Assembly (NCBI GenBank): GCA_963817955.1
Contig: CAWFQK010000002.1
Location: forward strand, 416,001 to 480,000
Length of the DNA stretch: 64,000 bases
Source of the DNA: an uncultured Gemmatimonadaceae bacterium
GTDB taxonomy: Bacteria; Gemmatimonadota; Gemmatimonadetes; Gemmatimonadales; Gemmatimonadaceae
Direction of reading: 5' to 3'
In this document: positions 11,499 through 21,517 of the stretch, one piece after another
Layout: every line of letters starts with the position of its first letter
Position numbering within the stretch: position 1 is the stretch's first letter
The notes under the pieces: model-generated
Seen by the model: the letters and a program-made list of their open reading frames with translations, nothing else
The model's database searches: none
What the model was told of the DNA's origin: nothing
Position numbers and translations under genes: made by a program

Positions 11499-11917
11499 CA
11501 GAGGGTTTCCCCCGGCGCGCCGGGTTCCTTTGTTTCGTGCGCCGGTGACGAAGCGTTCTCTGACGTGGACGCCGGTGGGCCAGGCGTGGGCGGTGGCGGA
11601 GCACCGGTGGACGAGGCGCGCGCTGTATTCACGAGATCGCTCGCCATACTCTTGCCCGTCTCTACCGCGTTGTTCAGCACGTTGGCTGCGCGATTCATGA
11701 AGCTCATCGTTTCGGCGATCGCGTTCGCCGACACCTTGCCGGCACGTAGCTTGTCCTCGATCGCTTCCGTGAACTTCGTGAACGTCGTCGCGCTCGGCGA
11801 CGGACGCTCGGCGTACCGCGACTCCAGGAATTCCACGTAGTCGAGCACCTGATATCCGCGCTCGTCCGACAGTGTCTCCAACTTCCGGAGGATCCGGTCG
11901 CGCAGGTGCTCGTTCAT
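11498..11917 (-). CDS. Hypothetical protein (DUF2281-like N-terminus)
   Basis: LETLSDERGYQVLDYVEFLESRY; SD GGGAG upstream of ATG 11917; TGATG coupling to next gene. Confidence 0.7.
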   Translation of the reverse strand: MNEHLRDRILRKLETLSDERGYQVLDYVEFLESRYAERPSPSATTFTKFTEAIEDKLRAGKVSANAIAETMSFMNRAANVLNNAVETGKSMASDLVNTARASSTGAPPPPTPGPPASTSENASSPAHETKEPGAPGETL

Positions 11918-11939
11918 CGTGTGCTCCCTGAGTCCGAAG

Positions 11940-12959
11940 TCAGCCCTTCCAGCGCGAGCGTGTGCCGCGCGCATCGATGTGCACGTACGGCGTACGGTAG
12001 CGGCGGCTGGTGTAGAGCCCAAGCCCTCCCACGAGCTCCGGATGCTCCTGCTCCACCTGATCCACCGCCCGCGCGACGATCATCTCGTCGACGCGCGTCA
12101 CGCGGCCATCGCCATTTGCGTCAATCGCCACATCTGCCGCGTCGCCATATTGATGCCGGCTGTCACGAGCAGCCCGCCAGACGCCGCCGTTGTGCGCCGG
12201 CGTCCGGAAACCGCTGTGCACGTCAAATGCCAGCTCCGGCGGTGGCTCGTCGGCCGGCGAGAAACGCGCTCGCGAGCCGACTTTGGCAAGCACGAGTTCG
12301 AGCTTGTCGAGGATGCGCGGATTCAGCGCGACGTACTTCGGCCACACGTTCGCCTGGGCATCGTGCGTGAGGAAATCGCTGAGCAGAAGGTGCGTGCTCA
12401 CCTTGAGGCCGAGGTCCGCTTGGCGCACCTGGAGAAACCCCGCGGGGTGATCGTGCTGTCGAAGCCGCTCGGCGATGTATGTCCCAATTCGATAGCCGTT
12501 CAGCGTCGAGCCAACCTTCTGGGCGAATGGCACCATGACGGCGAGCGCCGGGTCCGAGATGATCTCGCGCTCCGCGCCGCGCAGGATAGCCAGGTGATAG
12601 AACCCTGGATGCGACGGAGCGACGAAATCGGAGCCATTCAATAGGCGCGGCGGCTCGGCGGCCACTGAATCAGAGGATGCCACCCATTGGTACGTGAGCG
12701 ATGACGGATCGCCACTCACCTCGAGCGGGAATACGATGTCGGCCCCAGGCAGCGCGAAGCGAAGACGGACCGCGTGGCTCGCGCCAAACGCATCCAGCGA
12801 CGGCCCGGCGCTCACCCGATGGCTGATCACCGCCAAAAAGGGCTTGGTGGGCGCAGACGCTGCCGGCTTCGCGAACTGCAGCACGGCGATCGCCGCGACA
12901 ACGAAGATGGCGAGCGCGCCCCACGTGGCTGAGCCAGCGGACCGGTGGTTGGAATCCAT
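11940..12959 (-). CDS. Peptidase M15-family (D-Ala-D-Ala carboxypeptidase-like) exported metallopeptidase
   Basis: N-terminal TM/signal; SGFRTPAHN, SRHQYGDAAD, VHID zinc motifs. Confidence 0.85.
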   Translation of the reverse strand: MDSNHRSAGSATWGALAIFVVAAIAVLQFAKPAASAPTKPFLAVISHRVSAGPSLDAFGASHAVRLRFALPGADIVFPLEVSGDPSSLTYQWVASSDSVAAEPPRLLNGSDFVAPSHPGFYHLAILRGAEREIISDPALAVMVPFAQKVGSTLNGYRIGTYIAERLRQHDHPAGFLQVRQADLGLKVSTHLLLSDFLTHDAQANVWPKYVALNPRILDKLELVLAKVGSRARFSPADEPPPELAFDVHSGFRTPAHNGGVWRAARDSRHQYGDAADVAIDANGDGRVTRVDEMIVARAVDQVEQEHPELVGGLGLYTSRRYRTPYVHIDARGTRSRWKG

Positions 12960-13130
12960 ACGGCAGCGTCCAACGAGAAGAAATCGCGCAACGACAACGC
13001 GGCGCGTATAGCGATGATAGCCGTTGGTTGACGAATCTCAAACCCTTTGGGCAACATAGGTTTGCACGATTGTTTAGATTATCGCTCCGCCTGCTGTGTG
13101 CCTAGGTTCCGTCTCGCCCAAATTCCGAAC

Positions 13131-14672
13131 GTGCCTAAAAGTCCTATCGTCTTGGTCGTGCTGGACGGCTGGGGATACCGTCCCGAGCGCGAGGGAAACG
13201 CCATCGCGCTCGCTCATACACCCACATGGGATGCGCTCGTCGCCGGCCACCCCGGGACACTGCTCAACGCATCGGGCTTGGCCGTCGGGCTTCCCGAAGG
13301 GCAGATGGGCAATAGCGAGGTCGGCCACCTCAACCTCGGCGCTGGCCGAGTGGTGATGCAGGACCTGGTTCGCATCAGTGAGTCGATTCGCGATCGATCG
13401 TTCTTCGACAACCCCGCCTTTCTGCAAGCGTGCAACGCGGCGAAGAAGAGCGGTGGCACGGTCCACCTGATCGGGCTCCTGGGCAACGGCGGCGTGCATG
13501 CCATCGACAAACATCTGTTCGCGCTCATAGACCTGTGTGCACAGCACGGCGTGCCCCGCGTCGCCATTCACGCGCTACTCGATGGGCGCGACACCATGCC
13601 GCGCTCATCGCTCGGCTACATGCGGCAGGCGATCGAGTACGCCAACGGACGCGCGGTGATCGCGAGCCTGGGCGGACGGTACTTTGGCATGGACCGCGAC
13701 AAGCGGTGGGATCGGACGGAAAAGTGGTATCGCGTTGCGGTGGATGGCGTCGGACCTGAAGGCACCGACCCGCTTCAGGTGATTCAGGATGCGTACAATC
13801 GAAACGAGACCGACGAATTCGTCACGCCAACGGTGATCGTGCGCGACGGCCAGCCCGTGGCGCCCATGCGTGATGGCGACGCCGTGATCATGTTCAACTA
13901 TCGCGCCGATCGGATGCGGCAGCCCCTCGCCGCACTCACGCAGCCCGATTTCGATGGGTTCGACGTCTCCAGTCGGCCAAAGTTGACGGTCGTGACGATG
14001 ACCCACTATGACCGCAGGATCAGCGTTCCGGCCGCGTTTCCGCCGCAGTCAATGGCGAACATCGTAGGCGAAGTGGTGTCAAAGGCTGGCATGTACATGT
14101 TCCGCACTGCTGAGACGGAGAAATACGCGCACGTCACGTACTTCTTCAACGGCGGCGTCGAGACGCCGTTCCCGCACGAGGATCGGCTGTTGGTGCCGAG
14201 CCAGAAGGTGGCGACCTACGATCTGATGCCAGAGATGAGTGCGCCCGGCGTGACTGACGTGTTGTGCGACGCCATTGAGAAGCGCGAGCACGATTTCATT
14301 CTCTGCAACTACGCCAACAGCGACATGGTAGGCCACACCGGGTCGATTCCCGCCACGATCACCGCGGTCGAGACCGTGGACCAATGCCTGGCGCGCGTGA
14401 TGAAGACGGCCGAGCGAATTGGCGCGCGTCTGCTGATCACGGCGGATCATGGCAATTGTGAGATGATGATCGACCCCGAAACGGGTGGGCCACATACGGC
14501 GCACACAACCAACCCGGTGCCATTCATCATCGTCGATCCGACTGGCGAGAAGCCGTTACGTTCCGGTGGAGCGTTGTGCGACGTTGGCCCCACGCTGCTG
14601 ACAATGCTCGGTGTCGAGCAACCCCCCGAGATGACCGGGGTAGACCTGCGATTTACAGGAGAATGCGTGTGA
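13131..14672 (+). CDS. gpmI: 2,3-bisphosphoglycerate-independent phosphoglycerate mutase
   Basis: LDGWG, GQMGNSEVGH, DGRD, GRYFGMDRD, AETEKYAHVTYFFNGG, TADHGN. Confidence 0.97.
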   Translation: MPKSPIVLVVLDGWGYRPEREGNAIALAHTPTWDALVAGHPGTLLNASGLAVGLPEGQMGNSEVGHLNLGAGRVVMQDLVRISESIRDRSFFDNPAFLQACNAAKKSGGTVHLIGLLGNGGVHAIDKHLFALIDLCAQHGVPRVAIHALLDGRDTMPRSSLGYMRQAIEYANGRAVIASLGGRYFGMDRDKRWDRTEKWYRVAVDGVGPEGTDPLQVIQDAYNRNETDEFVTPTVIVRDGQPVAPMRDGDAVIMFNYRADRMRQPLAALTQPDFDGFDVSSRPKLTVVTMTHYDRRISVPAAFPPQSMANIVGEVVSKAGMYMFRTAETEKYAHVTYFFNGGVETPFPHEDRLLVPSQKVATYDLMPEMSAPGVTDVLCDAIEKREHDFILCNYANSDMVGHTGSIPATITAVETVDQCLARVMKTAERIGARLLITADHGNCEMMIDPETGGPHTAHTTNPVPFIIVDPTGEKPLRSGGALCDVGPTLLTMLGVEQPPEMTGVDLRFTGECV

Positions 14673-15361
14673 AGAAATCGGTCGCGCCGATCGTTTCGGG
14701 ACTGCTGTTGCTAGGTGCGGTCGCCGCGCATGGGCAGGTTGGATACCTGCCAGCAAAGAGTCCGTACCTCGATCTCGAGCACGCACAGGAGATCACGCTG
14801 ATCGTGGGGCAGTTCCATGCGTCCCGCGATCCGGTGGACGTCGGGCCACAGAGCGGAGCACTGGTCGGAGCACATTACGAATGGCGCGCCGGCGGCCCGG
14901 CGCATCTGATCGCCGAGGTGGCGCGCATCTCGTCGAACCGCGACATCATCGATCCGTTCAAGGTTGGCGCGGCGCGCGACCTCGGCGTCACGAGTCGCCC
15001 GTTGTACAGCGCGGATGCTCAGCTTGGATTGAGTCTGACTGGCGGAAAGAGCTGGCACCATATCGTTCCGGAAGTCGCGGGCGGCGCGGGCCTCGTGTCC
15101 GATCTGCGTACGCAGCCCGATTCTGGCGGGTTCAAGTTCGGCACCCGGTTTGCACTCACGTGGGGCGGCGGAGTCCGCATTGTTCCGGGCGGGCACTGGC
15201 AAGTCCGCGCCGACATAAAGGACCGCATGTACACGATCGGGTATCCGGAAGCGTACTACGTCGCGCCAATAGGCGGCACAGCGGTGTTGACGTCGGCACA
15301 GGCGAAGTCGTTCTGGACGAACAATCCAGCTTTCACCCTCGGGCTGTCGTACCTGTTCTAG
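14669..15361 (+). CDS. Outer-membrane beta-barrel protein
   Basis: Signal peptide (AAHG-Q), alternating beta strands, C-terminal LGLSYLF; GTGA overlap with gpmI. Confidence 0.75.
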   Translation: MKKSVAPIVSGLLLLGAVAAHGQVGYLPAKSPYLDLEHAQEITLIVGQFHASRDPVDVGPQSGALVGAHYEWRAGGPAHLIAEVARISSNRDIIDPFKVGAARDLGVTSRPLYSADAQLGLSLTGGKSWHHIVPEVAGGAGLVSDLRTQPDSGGFKFGTRFALTWGGGVRIVPGGHWQVRADIKDRMYTIGYPEAYYVAPIGGTAVLTSAQAKSFWTNNPAFTLGLSYLF

Positions 15362-15417
15362 CGGCGCTAGCGGCGCGCCGCCGGCGTCGAGGGACACCGT
15401 CTTCCACGGGTGAGCCC

Positions 15418-15918
15418 ATGGCGCGCGATTTTGAAGACCTGAACGACCTCGACGACTTGAGCGACGACGAGCTTCGCGGCTTGGTACGCAACCATCTCGC
15501 GGCACACAACGCGCTCGACATCGACGATCTCACGGTCGAGGTCCGGGAGGGCGAGGTGATTCTCTCTGGCCGGGTCGGTACGGATGGCGAGCGACTGATT
15601 GCCGAGCACGTGGTCACCGACCTCGTCGGCGCTCCGTGTCGCAATGACATCTTCGTCGATCCGACCCGTCGCGCGCAGAGTCCCGACGCCGCAGACGAGG
15701 CCATCGTGGACGAAGCCCAGCGCGAGGGGCTGGCACTGGGCGACAAGCCGGTGCCGTTGAGCCCGGAGGCGGAGCAACGCGCCGACGATCTCGACGCGGA
15801 GTTGTACGGGACCACCGACCTTGGGGATGCGATGGAGAAAGGCACGGGGTGGATTCCACCGGAGAGTCCGACACAGGAAGGCTTTACCGGACGCAACGAG
15901 TTCGGGGAAGATCATTAG
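15418..15918 (+). CDS. BON domain protein
   Basis: SDDELR..V...L......DLTVEVREGEVILSGRV; acidic tail. Confidence 0.82.
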   Translation: MARDFEDLNDLDDLSDDELRGLVRNHLAAHNALDIDDLTVEVREGEVILSGRVGTDGERLIAEHVVTDLVGAPCRNDIFVDPTRRAQSPDAADEAIVDEAQREGLALGDKPVPLSPEAEQRADDLDAELYGTTDLGDAMEKGTGWIPPESPTQEGFTGRNEFGEDH

Positions 15919-15922
15919 CGGC

Positions 15923-16360
15923 ATGCCCTTCTTTCTCACCCGTCGCGTGACGTTCGCCGCTTCGCACCGGTACAGGCGACCGGACTGGTCGGATGAGCGC
16001 AACGCGCGGGTGTTCGGCGCGTGTGAGACGGTGCATGGTCACGACTACGTCTGCGACGTCACAGTTCGTGGGGATGTCGATCCGGAAACGGGAATGATCG
16101 TCGACCTGGGCCTCATGGACCGCGTGCTGGCGACGGAAGTCCACGATCGGTTCGATAAGAAGAACATCAATCAGGACGTGCCCGAATTTGCCGACGGCGA
16201 GCGGATTCCAACGGGCGAAGAGTTGGCACGTTTCGTTTGCGAGCGTGTTCAGCAGGGTCTGGGCAACGCCGCGCGCGTGGTCGAAGTGGTCGTCGCGGAA
16301 GATGCAACGCTGAGCGCCAGATACCGGCCCATGGAACCGGCACATTCAGAATTCTCGTGA
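15923..16360 (+). CDS. queD: 6-carboxytetrahydropterin synthase / PTPS
   Basis: F.ASH, C-x3-HGHDY, GMIVDL, PTGEELA, V.E. Confidence 0.85.
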   Translation: MPFFLTRRVTFAASHRYRRPDWSDERNARVFGACETVHGHDYVCDVTVRGDVDPETGMIVDLGLMDRVLATEVHDRFDKKNINQDVPEFADGERIPTGEELARFVCERVQQGLGNAARVVEVVVAEDATLSARYRPMEPAHSEFS

Positions 16361-16384
16361 CCTCTGGGCCTGCTCACTCTTCCT

Positions 16385-17218
16385 GTGATTGAACCGCCGC
16401 CTCTCCTGCGTGCTGAACGAGTGCGCCATGGGCCGCGTACAAAGGAACGGTCAGTCGTGTCGCCGGCACCAACCCGTCGTCCCACCGTCGCAAGCCAGAA
16501 GCTTGCCGATCAGCTCCAGCCCATCGTGCGGGTGCATGCTGGCTTGCGCGGACGCGGCCTTGCCCGGGTTGATGTGGCCGATGCGAGATCTCGCATTCGT
16601 ACCGGCCGATGGGGTTTCGATGCGGCGGCATTGATCGACGGAGCGGCGAATCTCGATCCGGCATTTGAGCGCACCGCCGACGCGTTCGAGCGGACAGGCA
16701 TGGCCACCGTCCCACGCGTCGGTGCGCTGCATGACCAGGGAATCGATGTCCGCGCGCTCGTACTCGCGTGGTCGAACGGTGACTCCCTGCCGCGCAATCA
16801 GGCGTTGCGACTGGCCCGCGGCGTGGCAGCGGTGGTCGGCAACGCCGTCTTGTCGCGCGCGTCGGCGGACGTGACGAGGGGATTCGCGCTGGCGGCTTGG
16901 AAACGGCCCCACTGTCCCTGCTGCGGTGGCTCACCGGATCTAGCGCTCACCACGGCCACCCGACGCTCGCTCGTCTGCTGGCGATGCGATACGAAGTGGA
17001 GGACCGAGGCGCGCGGGTGTCTCGGCTGTGGCGCCGATGCCCCGCCAACCCTGGCCCGTGTGCCGTCACCGTTTCTCGGGTACGAGCTGACGATCTGTCA
17101 CTCGTGCGGGCGCTATCTCAAGGAACGTCGCGGCCCGCTGACGCACGACCTGCTCGTGGAACGCACGTTGACGGCCGGACTCGACGAAGCCGCACAGCAA
17201 CGAGGACTTCGCGCCTGA
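16385..17218 (+). CDS. FdhE-like protein (formate dehydrogenase accessory family)
   Basis: W...HCPCCGGSP, CWRCDTKW, CLGCG, CHSCGRYLKE, LD..A...G: four CxxC pairs in FdhE spacing. Confidence 0.8.
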   Translation: MIEPPPLLRAERVRHGPRTKERSVVSPAPTRRPTVASQKLADQLQPIVRVHAGLRGRGLARVDVADARSRIRTGRWGFDAAALIDGAANLDPAFERTADAFERTGMATVPRVGALHDQGIDVRALVLAWSNGDSLPRNQALRLARGVAAVVGNAVLSRASADVTRGFALAAWKRPHCPCCGGSPDLALTTATRRSLVCWRCDTKWRTEARGCLGCGADAPPTLARVPSPFLGYELTICHSCGRYLKERRGPLTHDLLVERTLTAGLDEAAQQRGLRA

Positions 17219-17805
17219 TCGGCGCCATCATTGCCGGCGGCGAGAGCACCCGCTTTGGCCGCGAGCCCAAGGGGCTGCACACAGTGGGCGGCGTTCGAAT
17301 CATCGATCGGGTCGCCCGTGCCGTCCGCGCGCACGTCCCTGACCTCCTGCTCGTGAGCAATGACCCGCGCGCACCAGACTGGTTGCCGGGGGTTCCCGTC
17401 GTGTGCGACGTCCGCGCCGAGCGCGGCAGCCTGGTGGGCATTCACACCGCACTCTCGCATGGACGGCAGAACGTGCTTGTCGTTGCCTGGGACATGCCGT
17501 TCATCAGCACGGAGATCGTTGCGTTGCTCGACCAACGCGCGCGCGCCAGCCGGTACGCCGTCGTTCCGGAAACGACGACCGGGCTCGAGCCGATGTGCGC
17601 CGTCTACTCCGTTCACTGCCTGCCGTTTCTCGAGGCAGCGATCGACGAGGGGGACCTGCGTATCACCAACTTTCTCGCTCGGCTGCCAAGCTATGATCGG
17701 ATCGAGCCCATCGAATTGGCGCGGATCGGCAATCCGGTTCGGATGTTCTTCAACGTCAACGACGCCAGTGACCTGGCCATCGCGAACCGGATGGCCGCCG
17801 GCTAG
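17215..17805 (+). CDS. mobA: Molybdenum cofactor guanylyltransferase; start probably CTG
   Basis: IIAGGESTRFG..K, GSLVGIHTAL, VAWDMPF, EPMCAVY, FFNVN. Confidence 0.9.
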   Translation: MIGAIIAGGESTRFGREPKGLHTVGGVRIIDRVARAVRAHVPDLLLVSNDPRAPDWLPGVPVVCDVRAERGSLVGIHTALSHGRQNVLVVAWDMPFISTEIVALLDQRARASRYAVVPETTTGLEPMCAVYSVHCLPFLEAAIDEGDLRITNFLARLPSYDRIEPIELARIGNPVRMFFNVNDASDLAIANRMAAG

Positions 17806-17883
17806 TTCTGCCTGGTGAGAATTTGAGCGCGAACAGGGCATGTCGCAGTATTCTTCACGCCGCACGCCTCTCACGGAGATTCC

Positions 17884-19386
17884 ATGTCCCGCGCTCGCGC
17901 GCTGTCGCTCACGTTCGCGCTCGCTACCGGATGGTCCTGTCGCGCCGCCACGAGCGCCATACCCCGCCCCGCCACGAGCGGCGCCGCCGCCGTCGCCATG
18001 CTCCGCACAGCCATCGATTCGATGACCGACGCGGCCGAATTCGCGAACGCACATTGGGGAATACTCGTCGTCGATCCGGAGCGGGGCGACACGCTCTACG
18101 CCCGCAACGCCGGCAAGCTCTTCATGCCGGCGTCGAACATGAAGATTCTCACGAGCGCCACGGCGCTCGCGCAGCTCGGTCCGAACTACCGTTACCACAC
18201 CGTCTTTGCGGCGCGCGGCTCGGTGACCGGTGGCACGCTGGCCGGCGACCTCCTGGTCTACGGCCGCGGCGATCCGTCGGTGAGCGACCATATGCTCCAC
18301 GACGCCATGCTCCCGCTACGCCTCATCGCTGACTCGCTCGCCGCGCGGGGCATCCGGCACATCACCGGACGCGTGATCCCGGCGGGCGACGCGTTTCCAG
18401 GCGAAGTATTCGGCTACGGCTGGACATACGACGATTTCGAGGATTCCTACTCGGCCCCCATCGACGAGCTGCTCTTCAACGAGGGCTTCAGCGAACTGCA
18501 CGTGCGTGGGGGTGAGCACCCCGGCGATCCCGTGCAGGTGGAGACGCGGCCGGCGCACACGGTGCCCGAGGTGCGCGTTGCCGCCACCACCGGACCTGCC
18601 GGAGTCGGAGCCAGCGGCAGCGCGCGTCGCGCCGGGAACACCCTGCGCGCGCGAAAGGACAGCACGACATGGCAGGTCGTCCTCGAGGGCCAGATCGCCC
18701 CGCGCGACTCTGCGACGATCGAGGTCACGCACCATGATCCGGACATCGCATACGTCGCGGCGGTACGCGAGGCATTGCGCGATCGTGGCATTCGCGTGGA
18801 TGAAGCCGCCACCGACACGCTGTCGCGCGTCGACACACTCGCGACGCTTTCGTCGCCCCCACTGCGCGACATTCTCAAGGCACTCCTCAAACCGTCGCAG
18901 AACCAGATCGCCGAAATGCTGTTCCGCACCGTTGCGCTGCAAGCCACGGGCACCGGCAACACGGACAGCGCGCAGGCCGTGGTGGAACGACAGATCGCGC
19001 AATGGGGCGTCGTTCCGTCTGAAGCCGTGGTCCGTGACGGCAGCGGCTTGTCACGCTACGATTACATCTCCCCGCGCACCGCCGTGCGCATTCTCGACGC
19101 CATGCGCCGCTTGCCGGCCTTCGACGTCTACTATGACGCGCTGCCGATCGCCGGCGTCGACGGCACGATCCGCAGTCGCATGCAAGGCACGCCGGCAGAA
19201 GGCAATGTGCACGCAAAGACCGGCACTGTCGCCATGTCACGCTCCCTCTCGGGATACGTCACGACCGCCGACCACCACATGCTCATCTTCAGCTTTCTCT
19301 GCAACAATTACACGGTGCCCACTCGCGCCGTCGAGCGCGTGCAGGACGCCATCTCCGTGCGTCTGGCCTCCATGCAACTCCGCTAG
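17884..19386 (+). CDS. dacB: D-alanyl-D-alanine carboxypeptidase/endopeptidase (PBP4, S13)
   Basis: PASNMK (SxxK), SQN (SxN), DGSGLSR, KTG. Confidence 0.95.
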   Translation: MSRARALSLTFALATGWSCRAATSAIPRPATSGAAAVAMLRTAIDSMTDAAEFANAHWGILVVDPERGDTLYARNAGKLFMPASNMKILTSATALAQLGPNYRYHTVFAARGSVTGGTLAGDLLVYGRGDPSVSDHMLHDAMLPLRLIADSLAARGIRHITGRVIPAGDAFPGEVFGYGWTYDDFEDSYSAPIDELLFNEGFSELHVRGGEHPGDPVQVETRPAHTVPEVRVAATTGPAGVGASGSARRAGNTLRARKDSTTWQVVLEGQIAPRDSATIEVTHHDPDIAYVAAVREALRDRGIRVDEAATDTLSRVDTLATLSSPPLRDILKALLKPSQNQIAEMLFRTVALQATGTGNTDSAQAVVERQIAQWGVVPSEAVVRDGSGLSRYDYISPRTAVRILDAMRRLPAFDVYYDALPIAGVDGTIRSRMQGTPAEGNVHAKTGTVAMSRSLSGYVTTADHHMLIFSFLCNNYTVPTRAVERVQDAISVRLASMQLR

Positions 19387-19393
19387 GATACTC

Positions 19394-20644
19394 ATGACGT
19401 ACAGCGTTCAGGAAGCGAGCGAACGGATTCTCTCCGGCGTCAAACCGCTGGGCGTCGAACGTTCGCCGCTCCGCGACGCCCTGGGGCGGGTGGTCGCCGA
19501 GGACGTCCGATCGCCCATCGAACACCCCCCGTGGAACAACTCGTCGATGGACGGATACGCCGTGCGCGGCGCCGAGGTCGCGCGAGCACGCTCGGGTGAG
19601 CCTGTGGTGCTGCGCGTACTCGAGACCGTCCGCGCCGGACAACGTCCGACTCAGGCGCTCGCGCCCAACACAGCCATTCGAGTGATGACCGGCGCGCCAG
19701 TTCCAGTGGGCGCCGATAGCGTGATCCGCGTGGAAGACACGGACGGCGGCACCGAGCGCGTTGCGATCCACGATGCGCGCGACGTGGATCGCAATATTCG
19801 TCCGCGGGGCGAGGATCTGCACGTGGGCAGCATCGTGGTGGAATGCGGCACCGTCATTCGTCCGCCGCAGCTCGGGGTCCTGGCCTCGGTGGGCTGCGCG
19901 TTCGTGCCGGTGTATAGGCGTCCGCGCGTCGCCGTGCTCGCGTCGGGCGACGAGCTCGTGGATGTCGATCAGTTCGACGCAGTTCGCCGCGGCGACCGGA
20001 TCGTGTCGTCGAACAGCTACACGATCGCCGCATCGGTTCGCGAAGCAGGAGCCGACGTCGTCGACCTCGGCATCGTGCCTGACGACCCCGGTGCCTATGA
20101 AGAACGTATTGCACGCGCCGAGGGCTGCGATCTGCTGATCACCTCGGGCGGCGTGTCGGTGGGTGCATTCGACTTCACAAAAGACGTCCTCCGGTCGCTG
20201 GGCGCATCGTTGGATCTCTGGCGTGTACGCATGCGCCCCGGCGCACCACTCGGATTCGGCATGTTGGGTCACATGCCGTGGCTCGGACTGCCCGGCAACC
20301 CGGTGTCGTCCATGGTGACGTTCGAGCTGTTCGCACGCCCGCTCATTCGCCGGCAATCGGGCGAGACACAGGTCTTTCGTCGCACGATCGAAGTTCAGGC
20401 GCGCGAAGACATCGCGATCGTCGCGCCACTGACACACTTTCTGCGCGGCGTGCTGGATTGGGCTGACGACGGCATATGGGCGTCACTCACCGGGCCGCAG
20501 GGATCGGGCCTGCTGACATCGATGTCGCGCGCCACGGCATTGCTGATCGTTCCGCCGGAGCGCCCGCTCGTTCACGCCGGTGAGCGATTGCGCGCCATGT
20601 TGCTCGGCGAACGCGCGCTGTCATCGGCGTCGCTCGAAGCGTGA
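19394..20644 (+). CDS. moeA: Molybdopterin molybdotransferase
   Basis: SSMDGYAV, MTGAPVP.GAD, SGDEL, TSGGVSVG..D, LPGNPVS, QGSG. Confidence 0.95.
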   Translation: MTYSVQEASERILSGVKPLGVERSPLRDALGRVVAEDVRSPIEHPPWNNSSMDGYAVRGAEVARARSGEPVVLRVLETVRAGQRPTQALAPNTAIRVMTGAPVPVGADSVIRVEDTDGGTERVAIHDARDVDRNIRPRGEDLHVGSIVVECGTVIRPPQLGVLASVGCAFVPVYRRPRVAVLASGDELVDVDQFDAVRRGDRIVSSNSYTIAASVREAGADVVDLGIVPDDPGAYEERIARAEGCDLLITSGGVSVGAFDFTKDVLRSLGASLDLWRVRMRPGAPLGFGMLGHMPWLGLPGNPVSSMVTFELFARPLIRRQSGETQVFRRTIEVQAREDIAIVAPLTHFLRGVLDWADDGIWASLTGPQGSGLLTSMSRATALLIVPPERPLVHAGERLRAMLLGERALSSASLEA

Positions 20645-21342
20645 CCGGCCAGCAGAAGGCGGCCGCGCTCGAAATCTCTCTCCGTCGGCGCTTTCGCGTC
20701 GTGGAAACCGGGGTGAAGGTCGCGGGACGCGTCATTACCGTTCTGCATCCACAGAGCGCCGAAGACCTGATCGACGAGCGCGAGTTCGAGCAGGATGAGC
20801 GTTTACCATACTGGGCCGAGCTGTGGCCGTCGTCACGCGTGCTGGCCGAGCGCGTGCTGTCGATGGAGGGCGCAGGCCGAACGCTGCTCGAGCTGGGCTG
20901 TGGAACGGGCCTCGTCACGTCGTGCGCCGCTCTCGCGGGCTTCGAGGTCACCGCATCCGATTACTACGAGGACGCGGTGCGCTTCGCACGCGTGAACGCC
21001 GTCCGCAACGGAGCGGCCGAGCCGCGTGGCCTGCTGCTCGACTGGCGCAAGTTACCGCCGCGTCCCCCGAAGTTTGACGTCGTAGTCGCCTCGGACGTGC
21101 TCTACGAGCGACCGTACGGAGCGCTGGTGGCGGCGACCATCGGGGCCATGTTGGCAGATGGCGGGTGCGCCGTCGTGGCCGACCCCGGGCGTGTGGCGCG
21201 TGACGAATTCTTGCGTGCCCTGCCCGGGCACGATCTGGAAGCCGTGGGCCGCACCGATGTGGTGTTCCGTGAAGAGAAGATCCGGCAGACGATCGCGCTG
21301 TTCGTTATTGGGAGAAATACGGCGGCCCGATCCAATCAGTGA
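20641..21342 (+). CDS. Class I SAM-dependent methyltransferase (Methyltransf_16-like)
   Basis: PYWAELWPS, LELGCGTGL, ASDVLYE, DPGR. Confidence 0.85.
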   Translation: MTGQQKAAALEISLRRRFRVVETGVKVAGRVITVLHPQSAEDLIDEREFEQDERLPYWAELWPSSRVLAERVLSMEGAGRTLLELGCGTGLVTSCAALAGFEVTASDYYEDAVRFARVNAVRNGAAEPRGLLLDWRKLPPRPPKFDVVVASDVLYERPYGALVAATIGAMLADGGCAVVADPGRVARDEFLRALPGHDLEAVGRTDVVFREEKIRQTIALFVIGRNTAARSNQ

Positions 21343-21517
21343 GGCAGGCCGCCCGCTTCCCAGCGAGAGTGCACATTTGTGATCCTCCACAGCAGATCTG
21401 GCTGTGTTCGCTATTGCGGGTGGCCGCGCGAAAGGCTAGGGTATCTCCGGTTCCCTGCCATGGCGCGCGCGCCATGGCAGAGCTGAGTTGTTTGACCTGA
21501 TCGCGGTGGAGGTTCCG

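Noticed and set aside
18506..19393. N-terminal extension of MoeA in the 712-aa ORF
   Set aside because: Overlaps dacB out of frame; the real start is ATG 19394
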